From Mytilus californianus (lineage: Eukaryota), in assembly GCF_021869535.1 (NCBI RefSeq), contig NW_026262626.1:10416001-10480000 (forward strand): a stretch of DNA of 64,000 bases, written 5' to 3'. Under the pieces are notes generated by a model. It searched no databases. It was not told the origin of the DNA and saw nothing but the letters and a program-made list of their open reading frames with translations. Position 1 is the stretch's first letter. Each line of letters opens with the position of its first letter. Position numbers and translations under genes: made by a program. Positions 25,848 through 39,826 of this stretch are shown one piece after another.

Positions 25848-26492
25848 CCTTTTCACAATGACTTTTCAGTGCATATTCTTTTTTAAAAAATCTCTCTGTT
25901 CAAAGAATGACTTATGAAAATAATTAAAATGAGAAAATTGACAGTAGAATTATGTAATGGTGCAATACATGCTGCGGATTCATTTATTTTTTCGTGAATT
26001 GAGGGAAATTTATAATTTCGTGGATATTTGATTTCATGGTTTTGCCAAAGTATGCATACAAGCCTATTGAAAAATTGTACTTTGTTGAACATTTGAATTT
26101 GTGGTCCATCATTTACCCACAAAATCCACAAGATTACTTTACAACCCTGCCATATATTACCTACAATCACCATCATTCAGGCTACCCTTAGAAAATTCTT
26201 TGTTTGATGTTGCCTACCCATGTCTTCTAGCTTTAGGTAGGTAGGTAAGGATATTTTTTTGGCCAACAGCATAAGTTACATGTTTTAGACAAGAAAGTGA
26301 CCTAAGAGCAGGAAAAAATCTTTTAAAAAAAATTTGAAACGATTTGTGTCATAAAATTTTTCGGGTAGTCTGCTTTTTAGGTGGGTAGGTAGGCAACATC
26401 AAACAATTTAAATTTTATTTTTGACCTCACTATGAAAATTTACCAATTAGAGTGATTTTTAACTGATACACCCTGATCTCATATGCTTACAG

Positions 26493-26764
26493 ATGCCTAC
26501 CACAGATCACCGCAAGACCATCCAGTTCTGATTCAAAGACACCAGCAGTTGGAGGTGATAAACCCTTACCTGTCCTCCCTCAGCATCAGGCAATGATAGA
26601 GGACATGGTAAGATGGACAAAAGCCAATGAAGTATTTTACGGAAAGGATAGAGATACAGTCAACTTTCCAATATTAAAAATGTCGCCAGAGAAACCTAAA
26701 ATGAGATTTTTAGTAATACCTCAGGAGTGGTTTGATGCCCTGTATACAAGGACAGGAGTAACAG
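26493..26764 (+). CDS. ATP5PB: ATP synthase subunit b, exon 3
   Basis: cttacag|ATGCC...AACAG|gtaaat, 272 nt; RDTVNFP...MRFLVIPQEWFDALYTRTGVTG is the conserved subunit b motif. Confidence 0.95.
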
Positions 26765-26817
26765 GTAAATATGTGCAAATATCTTGCTTTGATTTTATAG
26801 GAAAATAAGAGATCAGT

Positions 26818-26923
26818 GACTCTTTTCACAAAAAATCTTACGATTAAAACTGATCGTAAGTTATACTGAAATGTGTATGACTTACGAGTATTTTCATTGT
26901 TAAGATTTTTTGTGAAAAGAGTC
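26818..26923. mobile_element. ~105-bp palindromic mini-MITE
   Basis: GACTCTTTTCACAAAAAATCTTA / TAAGATTTTTTGTGAAAAGAGTC; relatives at 28652-28759 and ~38275-38372. Confidence 0.7.
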
Positions 26924-26995
26924 GCAGGCCTTTTGATCATGAAAATTTACTCAGTACTCCAAGTACAAAATTTGTGCTCTAAACACCAAGTCCAG

Positions 26996-27186
26996 TACTG
27001 TAAATTCAGAAATTATTGTGAGGTTTTAATTAATGCGAATAATGCAATCGGTGAGTATCGCAATAATAAGAACTCACATTCTGAATTCAATACATATATT
27101 TATGCAGGTTTTCCAGAAATCGCAATATTTAATCTCTATGTTTTGTCCCTTCTTCAAAAATCGCAATAATTTTTGAATTTACAGTA
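26996..27186. mobile_element. TA-flanked MITE
   Basis: TACTGTAAATTCAGAAATTATTG...CAATAATTTTTGAATTTACAGTA inverted termini. Confidence 0.8.
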
Positions 27187-27429
27187 TTTTGATTGGTTAA
27201 TTTTTGAATATGAGGACTACAATCACACACAAAAATTGTATGACAACAAGGCAAGGATTCAAAAATAATGTAGAAAAGTCTTATTGGAGGGAAAATAGCC
27301 TAGTCAATTTAGCTCTAAAATCACTCAACCTCCAACTAATTGCAACACAAGGTTTTTTTAGTGCAAATTATAATATAGACTTGTACTAACAACATACTAA
27401 AACTATACATTAATATAATTTGCGGAAAA

Positions 27430-28110
27430 GGTTATTTTGGGGTGAAATATGTGGTTTTTAGAGAGAAAATGGTGAAAACTGGAAAAGAAGAATAATTGTT
27501 ATCTATGTTAACATTTTTAGATCTAAAGCTTGTTGAAGACAGGAAACCTTATCTTAATAGACTATTATGTAGTCATCTAGTTATTATTATTGATAATGAA
27601 GTAATTTTGAGGTGAAATGAGTGATTTTTAGTGAAAAAACGTCGAAAACTGGAAACGTAGAAAATCTCCGTTGTTAATGGTTAATATTTTTGAAATTTGA
27701 TCTATATAGAAAAAAGAACATACTATTTTATGTTAATTTTGTGAAGTCCTTTAGTTATCAATTTATTTGGGTAATTTTGGTTGAATATATGTTTTAAGAC
27801 AGAAAACCGGCCCGAAAACTGGAAATGAAAAAATTCGGTTATTGATGGTTAAAACTTTCGAATTGGGATCTTAATAGAAAATACTATCTAATGTTTATCT
27901 TAAGAAGTCCTTTAGTTATTAGTATTTAAAAAAATGTAATTCTTGTGTAAAATGTGATTTGTAGAGAAAAATTGTGAAAAATAGAAATAAAAAGCTCAGT
28001 TATTCATGGTTAAAACTTTTAATATAGGATCTTTATAGACTGACTATATTATCTTATGTTTATATGCATATGTATTCCTCTTATTATCAATATCAATAAT
28101 AATCAATTTG
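27430..28110. repeat. Degenerate ~170-bp tandem repeat (about 4 units) in ATP5PB intron 3
   Basis: Recurring TAATTTTG.GGTGAAAT...GAAAACTGGAAA. Confidence 0.6.
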
Positions 28111-28146
28111 TTGTGTGAAATATTTTTTTTTTACGAACTAATTACA

Positions 28147-28453
28147 AACAAGAATGTGTCCATAGTACATGGATACCCCACCCGCACTACCATTTTCTAT
28201 GTTCAGTGGACCGTGAAATTTGGGTCAAAACTCTAATTTGGCATTTAAATTAGAAAGACCATACCATAGGGAACATGTGTTTTATGTTTCAAGTTGATTG
28301 GACTTCAACTTCATCAAAAACTACCTTGACCAAAAACTTGACCACAAAACTTTAATCTGAAGCGGGACAGACGGACGAACGAACGAACGAACGAACGAAC
28401 GAACAGACCCACAGACCGAAAAACATAAAGCCCCTAAGTGAGGGGCATAAAAA
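28147..28453 (+). mobile_element. Short HINE-like element
   Basis: AACAAGA start, (GAAC)n microsatellite, hairpin GCCCCTAAGTGAGGGGC then ATAAAAA. Confidence 0.8.
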
Positions 28454-28479
28454 ATGAAAATTTCAAAATCTTGGTTATT

Positions 28480-28985
28480 TCCAGTTTGAATTTTGAAAAC
28501 GTAAACAGGGAATGTGTCAAAGAGAAAACAAGGCCACTATAATGGGTCTTTAACATAGCAAGTTAATCCGGTACACGGAGGTAGGCTTCAGCTGACCCCT
28601 TAATTATTTTGTACACTAGTTCAGCGAAATGGACACCACCTCAAAGGCCTTGAGTCGGTTTCACAAAAAAACTTGCGACTTAGATTGATCGTAATTCATG
28701 GACAATTCAGTATACTTACGATCAATCTTAATCGTAAGTTTTTTTTGTGAAATCGACTCCTGAACCTCCTGAACTCCAATACATACAAATGACCCAAAAT
28801 TATCAAAAAAAAAAACAAACAAAACACACAATACAAACAAAGGCTAGATCTTGAGGTTCCTGACTTGGGATAAGTGCAATAATGTGGCTGGGGTAAAACA
28901 TATTGTGTGAGAACTCAATCCTCCCCTAGTTTATCTAGACAATGTAGAATAAATAAACACACAGTAAAACTCAGTTTTAAAGAAG
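28480..28985 (-). mobile_element. Degenerate family A 3'-end copy interrupted by a short MITE
   Basis: GGGAATGTGTCAAAGAGA...CCTGACTTGGGA...CTCCCCTA colinear with 59879-60250. Confidence 0.6.
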
Positions 28986-31917
28986 TGCATTTTGTGGAAG
29001 TTTGAAATTTTTATCTTATGTTTCTGTTATGTATTTATATATTAATTATACGTGTAGGTATAATAAACAAAACAAAACAAAAAAATGATTGTGTTAAAAA
29101 ATAACTGACTTTGATTTTGTCATGTTAATTGCTGGAAGAGTTATTTTTCTAGTGTCCTTGCATCGTCATTGATTGTAGTCCTTTTTTTGTTTATTTTTTC
29201 ATTAGCTGCTTTTTCAACATTTGAATTGTATAAAGTCACAGTTAAACACAGACTAATTTTATTTAGCAAGCTCTATCAATATCCAAGTTTGATTTCAGAT
29301 ATATAAGCTTTTTAAATTTGATAACATTTACTAGTTCACTGAATAAGCATGAAATATAGATCTGATATTTTTTAAGGCAATTTTAAGGGAAGCTTTGTCA
29401 ATATGATTATAAGAGCTTGAATTTAAATAGTAATTGTACCAAGTGGTCCAATTTTGGATGTTGAAAATGAGATAAGCACTGTTGAATGAATTGATAGGGT
29501 CACTTCCTGGACGAAGTGTTAATAGTAACAGCACCTTATGTGTGTACCCAGTAAGGTAAAATCTGTATGTGGTGGTCTGAAACATCAACCAAATTATAAT
29601 GACAAAGGACTATCATGGGTTGTCTGCTGTATGAAAATATTTTGGTCAAAGAGATATATATATATATAGAAAAGCATTACAAAGTTCCTTCTTTAAGATA
29701 TCTCATTGAATTAATTTAATAAAAGGTAATCAGCTTAAGCCTAAGAACTGTAAAAAAGTGGACGACTTATGGTCAGAGTTAGCGTTTAGATAGTCATGTC
29801 TAATCTGAAAAATACACCTCATGCCTAAAGAATATAAATGTTTAGCTTTTAAGGTCCACTAAACTCTATCAGTGATTTCTTGGTAGTACGTTTGATCGCT
29901 TGCCAGTGAAACCATAATTTATTGTAAAATATCCCCACTTTAAAAACATAAGAAGATGTTGTATGATTGCCAATGAGAAAACTTTCCACAAGAGAAAACA
30001 ATGATGTGGGTGTGGATGTTAACGACTATAATAGCTCATCGTTAAAATATAAAACTGTTAAGACAATAAATGGAAAAACAAATACGACAGACAGCAAACA
30101 ATAACCACCAAATAATAAAGGGCCACTTTCCTGTGATAATCATATTAATAGTGTGCAGCGTTAACCATGTTTGCGAGCACTAAACCCTCCCATAATCAGG
30201 AACAGTTTTGAAATAGCAAACAACATAAGAACAAATGGTAAACTCAGTTGGAAAGGGCTCGACTCAAAAAGATAAGCGCGGAGTATATAACCAATTAACA
30301 AATAGACACTGAGTTCTAATAGCTAGTTCAAAGCTTATTACAGTTGATGAATAAATACTGTTGGCACCGACTAAAATATAAATCAGTACACATCCGATTA
30401 GCAACCAAAGTGAAAAGTGGATTCAGTGTTACAGCCAAAGCTTTATTTATATGGTGAGTGAGTACTGAGATCGTCGCTAATTACATGAGTAACCATTTGC
30501 TTCCAGGAGCTTGAAATTTTCATTTGTGAAAAAATATTTAACATACAATCATTTAACACTCATCATTCTTATTTTTTTATGAAAAACATTGTTGGATTCT
30601 AAATCTTAACATGTTTGTTTTCTTTATAGAGTTGTGGGGAATAAATACATTAAAGACTTTGAATTTCAAAATTAAGTCTTGCATTAACATTTTTTTTTAC
30701 AAAGGACAAAACATGTGTTTCGAGAACCCCTCCCCCCAACAAAAAATTAACTGTCAGTGCCTTTAACACACGGGCAGAATTCTTTCAAATAGCGAGTAAG
30801 ATTGTGACTAAGTTAGTTAATCTAATTCAGTACAGTTTTCCATTTATAGGTTACATACCAACACTGTGGTGGAGAATTAGATTCTTAGATTGTAAAATAG
30901 CAGAACACAATTGCGGTCTATATCTTTATTCAAATATACAAATTTTAAGACAAGAGAGTGATGCATTTGTAATATATTTTTTTTAAATTGAGATAAGTAT
31001 GTATTGTATTGTATTATTTCAATTGTTTTAAAAAATACTGAATACTTTTTGTATAAATTAATTTTTTTCAACTTTGGCAAATAAGGGGAAGCAACTCATA
31101 TAACCTTACTTTTACTACAAAAATATTTGATTAATTACACCACTTTCCGCAAAATATATTTTTGTATAATTTTTGAATGTTGTTCATAGATAGTAACAGA
31201 CTTGTTTTTCAGAGAAAAACTTTGTGTTGCAATTAGTTGCAGGTTGTTCACTAAATTGACTAGACTAAAAGGCTTAAATATCAAATATCCTCAAAATTTT
31301 TCACATTTGCAAAATTCAGTTAAATGCTAGTCTTGAAATATCAGTAAATGCTGTAAAATGGAAAAGTAAAACTAAATTTTGACAGTTTGACTCAAAGGTG
31401 TTGAGAAATAATATACAACCCTTGCCCAAAGCAGTATACACATAGGAAGTTTTTTGTATCCCCATAGACAAAAGGAACCAAGGGTAGACATAGGAATCAT
31501 AAATTCTTGTTGTTTTCTGTTCTTAACATTAAGTTAGTATTTGCCTGGATAAAGTTTTTTTAATACATCAATAACTTCGTCAAACAGTCACATAATTTTT
31601 CAAAACTTAGTTAAAAGATTTTTTATGATCAAGAGTTAGCAGCTACTCATGATCTGGACCATAATCTGGATTAGGAATACAATTTTTTTTATTAATTCAT
31701 ATTTTTTTTGCAGATAATATTTAAGGTATGGTCTGTGTTAAAATTTTATAAGACATCTAGAACTTTGTCAAACATTCTTTGAATTTTAGGAAACTTTGGC
31801 AGAAGCTATAAAAGGCCCTGAAATGACAAATGTAAAACAATTCAAACGAGAAAATTAAGGATTAGAGAAGTGTGCATTTGGTTGAATCCTCAAATAATTG
31901 CAGTGACTATTTTCTAG

Positions 31918-32081
31918 GTCCCTATTTGCTAACATATGGACTTGCAGCTACATTGGTCAGCAAAGAAATATTTATAGTTGACCACGTGTTTGCTGATTTG
32001 ATGATGCTTACACCACCAGTTTTGTTGGCTACCTATTTTTGGGGACCAAAAGTTGGTACTTGGTTCCAGAAGAGAATTGAT
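31918..32081 (+). CDS. ATP5PB: ATP synthase subunit b, exon 4 (membrane segments)
   Basis: ttttctag|GTCCC...ATTGAT|gtaagt, 164 nt; GPYLLTYGLAATLVSKEIFIVDH. Confidence 0.95.
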
Positions 32082-33089
32082 GTAAGTACATGTAACAATC
32101 TATCGTATTTCATTTTAAATTGTTTTCCACTGTGTACTTTTGGATTGATATCTGCTAATAAACTTTTTAAACCATAGGTCAGGGATGGATTTATTCTTCA
32201 TCCCATAGCATATAAATTGAGCTATAGGTTGCTGATAGTTAACATAATCTTGGCACTTGATAATTTTTAACATCAGACTTCAAGATGACCTTTTGTAAAA
32301 TTAGACATTGAGGTTGCCAAAAAACATTCTATTTATAACAAGTGCTCAAATAAGTTTTCTATACCTTTTTCTTCTAAAAGTTCATAACAGGAGTAATAAA
32401 ATTGGCCTGTAAATTGTTGCCCTTTTTTACGAGCTTTATTGTGATTATCCTTATCTTCTTTATAAAATTAATTAAGAAACTTGAAATTTGTATGAGTTGA
32501 AGCCATCTGCTTAAAATTAAAGATTAAGTTAAATCAGAAGTACTGAATTTTAAAAATGTTTAGCCCAATTGTATCTAAGTCTAGAGATTTATTAATGTCA
32601 AATTAAATTTTTCCTTTGAAAAGGACCATATATATGGTATTATAACTGATGGTATTAAGAATATGCTTTTCTCAAATTATAGAATTTTTCTTTTTGTTTA
32701 TTTACTGAGTTAATAATTGTAAGAACTGTTAATATATCATACACTTCTCAGGTTTTCAACAACTTACAACAAATTTAAAATAAGATTAATATTTCAATGA
32801 TATTCTTCAGAGAAGAAAAAAGTTTAATAACAAAAATACTGAACTCCAAGGGAAATTCAAAACAGGAATGCATCAAACGAATGGAAAACAACTGTCATAT
32901 TTCTGACTTGGTACAGGCATTTCCTTATGTAGAAAATGGTGTCTTAAACCTGTTTTTTTAGCTAGCCAAACCTCTCACTTGTATGATAGTCTAATAAAAT
33001 TCCAATAAAATGTAATATACAGGGAGACTTTTGTATTCCATTTCAATTACTGTTGAAAAATACATTGATATTTTATTTTATGTTTTTAG

Positions 33090-33218
33090 AAAGAAAACCA
33101 TTTGATCTATGAAAAACCAATAGCAGATACAAAGACTAGCTGTACTAAACAAATAGCCAAACTTGAGACTGCTAAAGAGGCATTAGATGCTACTAAGGAT
33201 TTTGTCCATGCTCAGAAG
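33090..33218 (+). CDS. ATP5PB: ATP synthase subunit b, exon 5
   Basis: tttttag|AAAGAA...CAGAAG|gtaaag, 129 nt, phase 0-0, helical stalk region. Confidence 0.85.
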
Positions 33219-34396
33219 GTAAAGTTTGGTGTTGTGTTTAAAAAGATGACATATAATAGGTGAACGAGAGGAGATCTGAGAGAAGTGTACTGGAGGGAAA
33301 ATAGTCATGGAACTTGCCTTGGCAGCAGTCTATCAAAGCAAAATTTAGTTTAAATTTATGGAACATTTGTGGAAAAATAACTTTTTATTTCATGTTTAGG
33401 GTGTAGCTGTTTGTCTTTCGTTCTTGGGATGTACATGTATGTCTAAGAAAGCCCATGTGAGTTGTTGCCATCACTTGGGTCCGTCGTTGTCATCTGTTCA
33501 TCTGTTGTTGTAAACTTTAAAAAAAAAAGTTCTCCTGAAACTACTGGTCTGAATATCAAAGATGGTGTCCTTGGATTTGACCCATCAATAGATACACTGT
33601 TACTAAGATTATATAACATAGAGGTAAACTGCAGTTTTCAGCTTACATCTCAAAAAGTAAAGTAGCTAAAGTAAAACTGTCAACAGTAAAAATGACCAGC
33701 AGGTCAAAGTCTTTCTCCTATGGAATTTGATATTAAATGAATTTTACCCTTTTTTGCATTTTTGTTGAAAAATTTGGTAGATAATGAAAAACTGTAAACA
33801 TTTAAAATGATAAACAAGATTCTTTCAACAAAACCGAAATTGTATATGATGATTTTTACCCAAATTTTGTGTATTTAGCAAAAACTAGCAGTATTGTTGC
33901 CATTGATGGGGGATTTTTACAAGTTTTTTTTTTGTTTTCAGCGAAAACTATAATAGATATAATAGATAGAGAGAAATTGTAAATAGCATGGTAAATATTC
34001 AGTATAATGAGAAACTACAAATAAGTGAACATTCCCTGAATTGTCAAGTGACCCCCTTATAGGAGTTAAATGCCCTTTTACCTATTATCTCAAAACAATA
34101 ACAATCATTGGACGACTCCTTATAGAAGTTATTGGCTTCAATTGACAAATTTTGCTTATGCCTGTTTTGCCAATTATCTTGAAGTGTATATTAGATAGGA
34201 AGAAACTATAATCAGTAAAATTTTGACTAATGAACCAATCAGACTCTAAGGTGCCTTGTGTTCATATTGCAAAGGATAAAATAGCTTAGATAGATTTGAG
34301 AAAATAATGGAATGTTTATATTTTCTGAAGCTCTTTTTCCAGTAATCCTGCTCTAAAAAAGGACTCTGAAATTATACTATAATTTTATTTTTTCAG

Positions 34397-34474
34397 GAGT
34401 ATGTTTTGCTCCAACTTGAGGCATCTTACAGAGAAAGATTAAACAAAGTCTACACAGAAGTAAAGAAAAGATTG
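34397..34474 (+). CDS. ATP5PB: ATP synthase subunit b, exon 6
   Basis: ttttcag|GAGTAT...AGATTG|gtaagt, 78 nt; LQLEASYRERLNKVYTEVKKRL. Confidence 0.95.
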
Positions 34475-35304
34475 GTAAGTTTAATTTTTTTATATGCCCA
34501 GTGAAATCAAATGCATAATGTAGGGCCTGAGCAAACTTCAGATATTTAGAACACTATTTAAGATTTGTCTTGAATTCATGTTTTACAGTGCTATATGGAT
34601 TTCTGTATTTTCCATGGATTCTGATTGGAAATATACTTTAATAGTTGCAGGTTCAAAATTTACAAAAACATTTAAACCTGGAAAAATTATAGTCTGTGTT
34701 AGGGAAGCAATTTTTAAAGGTGTAATACCACCATTGATTTTCCCCTATTAGTCTTTGTTAAATTTGCACTTTTCAAAAAATTGTGCAGAATTTATCTTTG
34801 TTTCAAATAAAGAAATACTTGGCATGAGTAAAGCTTTATCCTGTCCAATACGTTAGATAAAATTTCACATAACATTTCATTGCATATAAGAAAATAACCA
34901 TCACTGGAAGTTAACCAATCAAATTTTCACCTCTTTTTTACCTGTGTACAAGCTTTAGTAACCATGTAACCTCAAGTTTCCAAAATATTCTATAGAAACA
35001 CCAAATGAAAAAATAATGGTGCTTTGAAACACCCAAGATATATGTTTATGACCCAGAAATTTTTTACTGCAATGAAATGTAGGATTCATTTCCTACAACT
35101 ATCAAATTCCAGGGAATATTTTTTTTCGACCCTTTTTTCGTATGCAACCGGATGTGACGTACTATGATTTGGTGGTATTACACCTAAACCTGCCTTACTT
35201 CTAAGTGTTTCCATCAGCAATTTCATAATTGTCAACCCATGTTCTGAGATTTTTACTAAAATTTTGAATTACTGCATTTTGAGAAATTGTCTGTTTATTT
35301 TTAG

Positions 35305-35406
35305 GACTTCAAGATGGAAGTTCAGAATGCACAACGTAGATTTGAACAAGAACACATGGTTAATTGGATTACATCCAATGTTGTTAAGAGTATAACACCA
35401 AAAGAG
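35305..35406 (+). CDS. ATP5PB: ATP synthase subunit b, exon 7
   Basis: tttttag|GACTTC...AAAGAG|gtaaaa, 102 nt; RRFEQEHMVNWITSNVVKSITP. Confidence 0.95.
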
Positions 35407-36441
35407 GTAAAATATTTTTGGAAAAGCACATAATTGTAAAGGTTTATTTCATAAAATGCATTTTTGAACACCCTATGTTTACTTATAGTTTTAACTTCTA
35501 TTAAAGTCACATTATTGAAGGCCGTATAGTTGTTAACTTCTACGTCATTTGGTCTCTGGTGGAGAGTGTCATACCACATCTCCTTATTTTTATAGGAAGA
35601 AAAGTTAAATTTTTCATCATTGGTTGCTAGTAATTTTGGTTGAAGATCTGTGGATTCATTATTCTTTGTTGGATACCAATTTTTGTGGATTTCATGAATA
35701 CAGCTGGACCACAAATTTAAATGTTTAATGAATTACAAATTTTCTATAGGCTTGGCAAAACCACAAAATTAAATATCCATGAAAATGCAAGTTTTCCTTA
35801 ATCTATGAAAATTGGTTCCAACGTAAATAAAAGAATCCACAGTATGCAAAATGACTCAAAGAAAGTGTGATGGTTGTGGGAGATTTTGGAATTCCCATCC
35901 TATCCCCCCTATACATTTAATGGAATAGCCCTTATTTGGTAGACCCACTGACTTGTCTGATGCAAATTTTGTGTAACAAGTTTTTCATTGGCTAATGTTT
36001 ACAGTCAAATCATGGGTAATATTTCCATTAGAATTCTTTCGATTAGAAAAGTATTGTATTTTACTAGCTCTCTGGGGTTCCACAATTGTAAGTACAGTTT
36101 TAAACCCTTCCAGTTCAAGAAAATTGGTGAAAACTTTATGTAGTATCAAAAATGAAAGCATCACAAACAAACAGTTACTTTTTTTACATGTCACTAGAAA
36201 GAAAAACATTAGTATCACATATTAAAACAGATTATTATGTGAGCTGATTCTTGTACATGTATTTAACAAGGGCAAATTAAATGCTCATGAGGATAATATA
36301 TTCAGAGACATGCAACAATACTCTCTTTGGAAATCTTAACATTGTCTCTTACACTAGAACATGATAACTTTAACCTTCAGATATTCGTAAATAAATAACT
36401 CCACTAAGAAATGTTTGAATAAAGTTTTATTATACTTTCAG

Positions 36442-36513
36442 GAGGAGAAGAGTATTGCTGACTGTATAGCCAACCTGAAGAAATTATCACAGGCACAATC
36501 AGCAACAGCTTAA
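36442..36513 (+). CDS. ATP5PB: ATP synthase subunit b, exon 8 with stop
   Basis: actttcag|GAGGAG...GCTTAA; EEKSIADCIANLKKLS; AATAAA at 36554-36559; total CDS 876 nt = 291 aa. Confidence 0.95.
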   Translation, partial: EEKSIADCIANLKKLSQAQSATA

Positions 36514-38429
36514 TATGAACTTAGTGTGGACTTGATTTGTTATAAAATATTTAAATAAATTTGTGGAATAAATTATACGTTAGGACAATTTCTGTGGATT
36601 TGTATTATTGAAATTTCATTTCAGTGTCTTTGAGGTAAAGATTGCATGAAATGCAATGAAAATCCTTTTGTCACAGGCTTGATATATATATTTTTCAGAC
36701 CTCATCTTCACATTTTAGAGAACAAACAACATAGTACTGCGTCTGAGCAGTGAAGGGAACTTTCTTTAGATCATCCATGTCGAGCAATTTATCAATGCTA
36801 TATACTGGTACTCAGATTTTCAAGTTAAAAAATGGGGTGTATGTGAATAATCATACTTGTCAAGTAAACTATTACATAAGTTATACATAGTGTATGGATC
36901 TATCTGCTCTAAAAATATCTTCAACTACAATTACAGACGGGGGAAGATAAGTCTAATTTAGGATATTTTCTAAATATGTTCCATTGGTAATAACACTATG
37001 CAATGTGTAATTTCAAAATGACATGGCAAAATGAAAACAATCTTTACCTTTCAGTTTTCACAAGATCTTTAACTGTTTGCTATGGGCTACTGAATATGTG
37101 GTAAATATACACATGTAGATATATCAGACTAGGGCTCAAGGAGGTCCTGAACTTGGAAGTATAGCGTAAGCGTTTGTACACCTTTGTGTGACCTTTGGAT
37201 TAAGAACAGAAATAAGAGCACTATTCCATTACTTTTGTCAATTGATATGTGGTGTATAAGTTGATGAGACAAAATCACTACACATTCTTTAAAAAGCATA
37301 AAATAAAGAAACAGTGCTATTATTGCTGTTCTTGATCTCAAAGTCATAATGAGGTCTTCAACATTGCACAAATATCCATAACCATTGGTTTGAGTCAAAT
37401 ATTTTGCCTGATGACCATCATGCTATTTCTGTGCATTGAAAACTCGGCTGGATAGTAATATCGACAAATTATAAACCATATAGGGCAAAGAGATCTAACA
37501 AACAATGTCATAATGTACCCTACTAGCTCACTGCAAAATATTTAGACAACAACAGGGCATAGCAAAGTTCTGTTATATATGAACTAACTTGGCAGAAATT
37601 TGTATGAATAGGGCAGATAATATAGATGGACTGCCTAATAACATTTACAGTATCAGATCATGTATAAGTATGTATTTTAGTGATGTGTTTTGTTGTTAAA
37701 AATCTTCTTTCAAATTATCATTCATATGCTTAATTTACATGTCAATTTTTAATTCCGTACCTGTAATGTAACTTACTTAAAAATAGCTGAAATGTTCAGT
37801 ACAAATGTTGTAAAAATATGGGATTTTTGTTTAAATCCTATCCTTTTTCATATGAAATATATATCAAGAGTTGCCTCCCATATATCACTGATGAGCTCTA
37901 AGTACACACTATTCACTAAGAAAAAAATCGGCTGGCTTCCTTTTAGCAAAGGTAAACCAAGTAAATTCCATCCATATAACAAACACTAAACACTATTTAT
38001 GCCATTACATTGACTGAAATAAAAACAAAATAGATGAAGAACTGCATTAAAAACACTGTCCCTTTTTGAAATATTGATTAATTAAAGTATTTGTGAGTTT
38101 TTTCTCTGGTAAAAGTATAGGTGTGACAACACCTTGTTAGAAATTCATTATGACAAACAAAATTTCAGATTAACAAAATTAAAAAAAACTAATTCTCAGT
38201 CATTAAATCCAGGAGTGATATGAACTTCTGGATGGATTATGATATCAGTAACAGGGGTTCATATACATGTCACATGTCACAAAAAATTTCACGATTAAAA
38301 AGTATAAGTTATACTGAAATGTCCATTTTTATTTCCATAACTTTACTCCTTTGATTTTTGTGAAAAGAGCTGCTGGGTCCTACCTTCATATTTGACTTGA
38401 AAACTTTATAAAATGCATTCATGTTGATT

Positions 38430-39450
38430 TTTATACGACCGCAAAAAACTTTTTGGGATCGTATAATAGTATGATGTCGTCGTCTGCGTCGTCGTCTGAA
38501 GACACATTAGTTTCCGGACAATATCTTTAGTTTAAGTGAATGGATCTCTATGAAATTTTTGAAGAAGGTTCAATACCACAAAAGGAAGGTTGGGATTGAT
38601 TTTGGGGATGATAGTCCCAACCATTTAGGAATTAAGGGCCCAAAAGGGGCCAAAAACAAGCATTTTTCTAGTTTCAGGATATTAACTTGTGTATAAGTAT
38701 TTTGATTGCTCTGAAATTGTACCACAATGTTTAATACCACAAGTAGAAGGTTGGGATTCATTTAAGGGGTTATGGGGCCAACAGTTTAGGAATTAAGGGC
38801 CAAAAAGGGGCCAAAAACAACAATTTTTGTAGTTTCCGGACAATAACTTTTTTTTGTGTGTAAGTGTATGGATCTCTCTGACATTGTACCACAAGGTTCC
38901 ATATCACAAAGGGAAGGCTGGGATTGAGTTTGGGGATAATTGCCACAAACTTGTAGGAATTAGGGGCAAAAAAAGGGCAAAAAACAAGCATTTTTCTAGT
39001 TTCCAGATAATAACTTGTGTTTAAGTGTATGGATCTCTATGAAATTGTACTACAAGGTTCCATACTACAAAGGGAAGGATGTGATTGAGTCTTGGTGTAA
39101 TTGCTCCAAGGGGGGTTTCCAACAGGTTTTATTTTTTTTTTGGGGGGGGGGATTTTTTATCCAAATTTTTTAAGGAATTCATATTTTTTTTTCAAAAATT
39201 TTCAAATTTCAAATTTTTGAAAAGTTTTAAGAAGAAATCTTCAATTGCGCAGTATTGGGCAATAGATTTGTAAGATTTTTACCACATTTATTTTGTGTCA
39301 GAAACCTTTATTATGTCAAAAATTTGATCACAATCAAAATTCAGACAGTATCAAGCTTGAATATTGCATCCAAATTTGCCCCAACTGTTCAGGGTTGGAC
39401 CACTGTGGTCGGATCAGGCTGCGCTCAGCGAAGCATTTTATTGTACTTAA
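38430..39450 (-). mobile_element. HINE-like element with ~160-168-bp tandem units
   Basis: Terminal hairpin TATACGACC...GATCGTATA, (GTC)n, units at 38509, 38669, 38830, 38998. Confidence 0.75.
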
Positions 39451-39666
39451 TATCAATGATCTTTCATAAGAATTTGTTTTGAAAAAGACATGTTCGGTGG
39501 CAAGTATTACATGCATATCAGGATGAAAAACATGTTAAAAGATACAACAGATCTCAACATGACATAAGAAATGAGCAACAAGTTTCAAAGTTTAAAAAAA
39601 TCTTTAATTACTTTAGTCTTCATAATAAAATTGAATTAAAACTCATTTTGTTTGCCAGAATATCTA

Positions 39667-39826
39667 TTAAGCCATTTTCTTGGCACAGTCTATCATCACT
39701 TTGATGCCAGCACCACTTTTAGCAGTCTCGAATGCTTGTAAAGTTTCCTCAATGGTGAAGTTATGTGTAATGATTGGTTTAACATTGATTTGTCCAGCAG
39801 ATATCATTTCTATCAGTGTCGGCCAT
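39667..39826 (-). CDS. SORD: Sorbitol dehydrogenase-like, exon 9 with stop
   Basis: tttcag|ATGGCCG...GCTTAA, 160 nt; WPTLIEMISAGQINVKPIITHNF...IKVMI. Confidence 0.95.

Noticed and set aside
37129-37440. Gene between ATP5PB and SORD
   Set aside because: Short or stop-riddled frames, no splice-consistent model and no recognisable motif.
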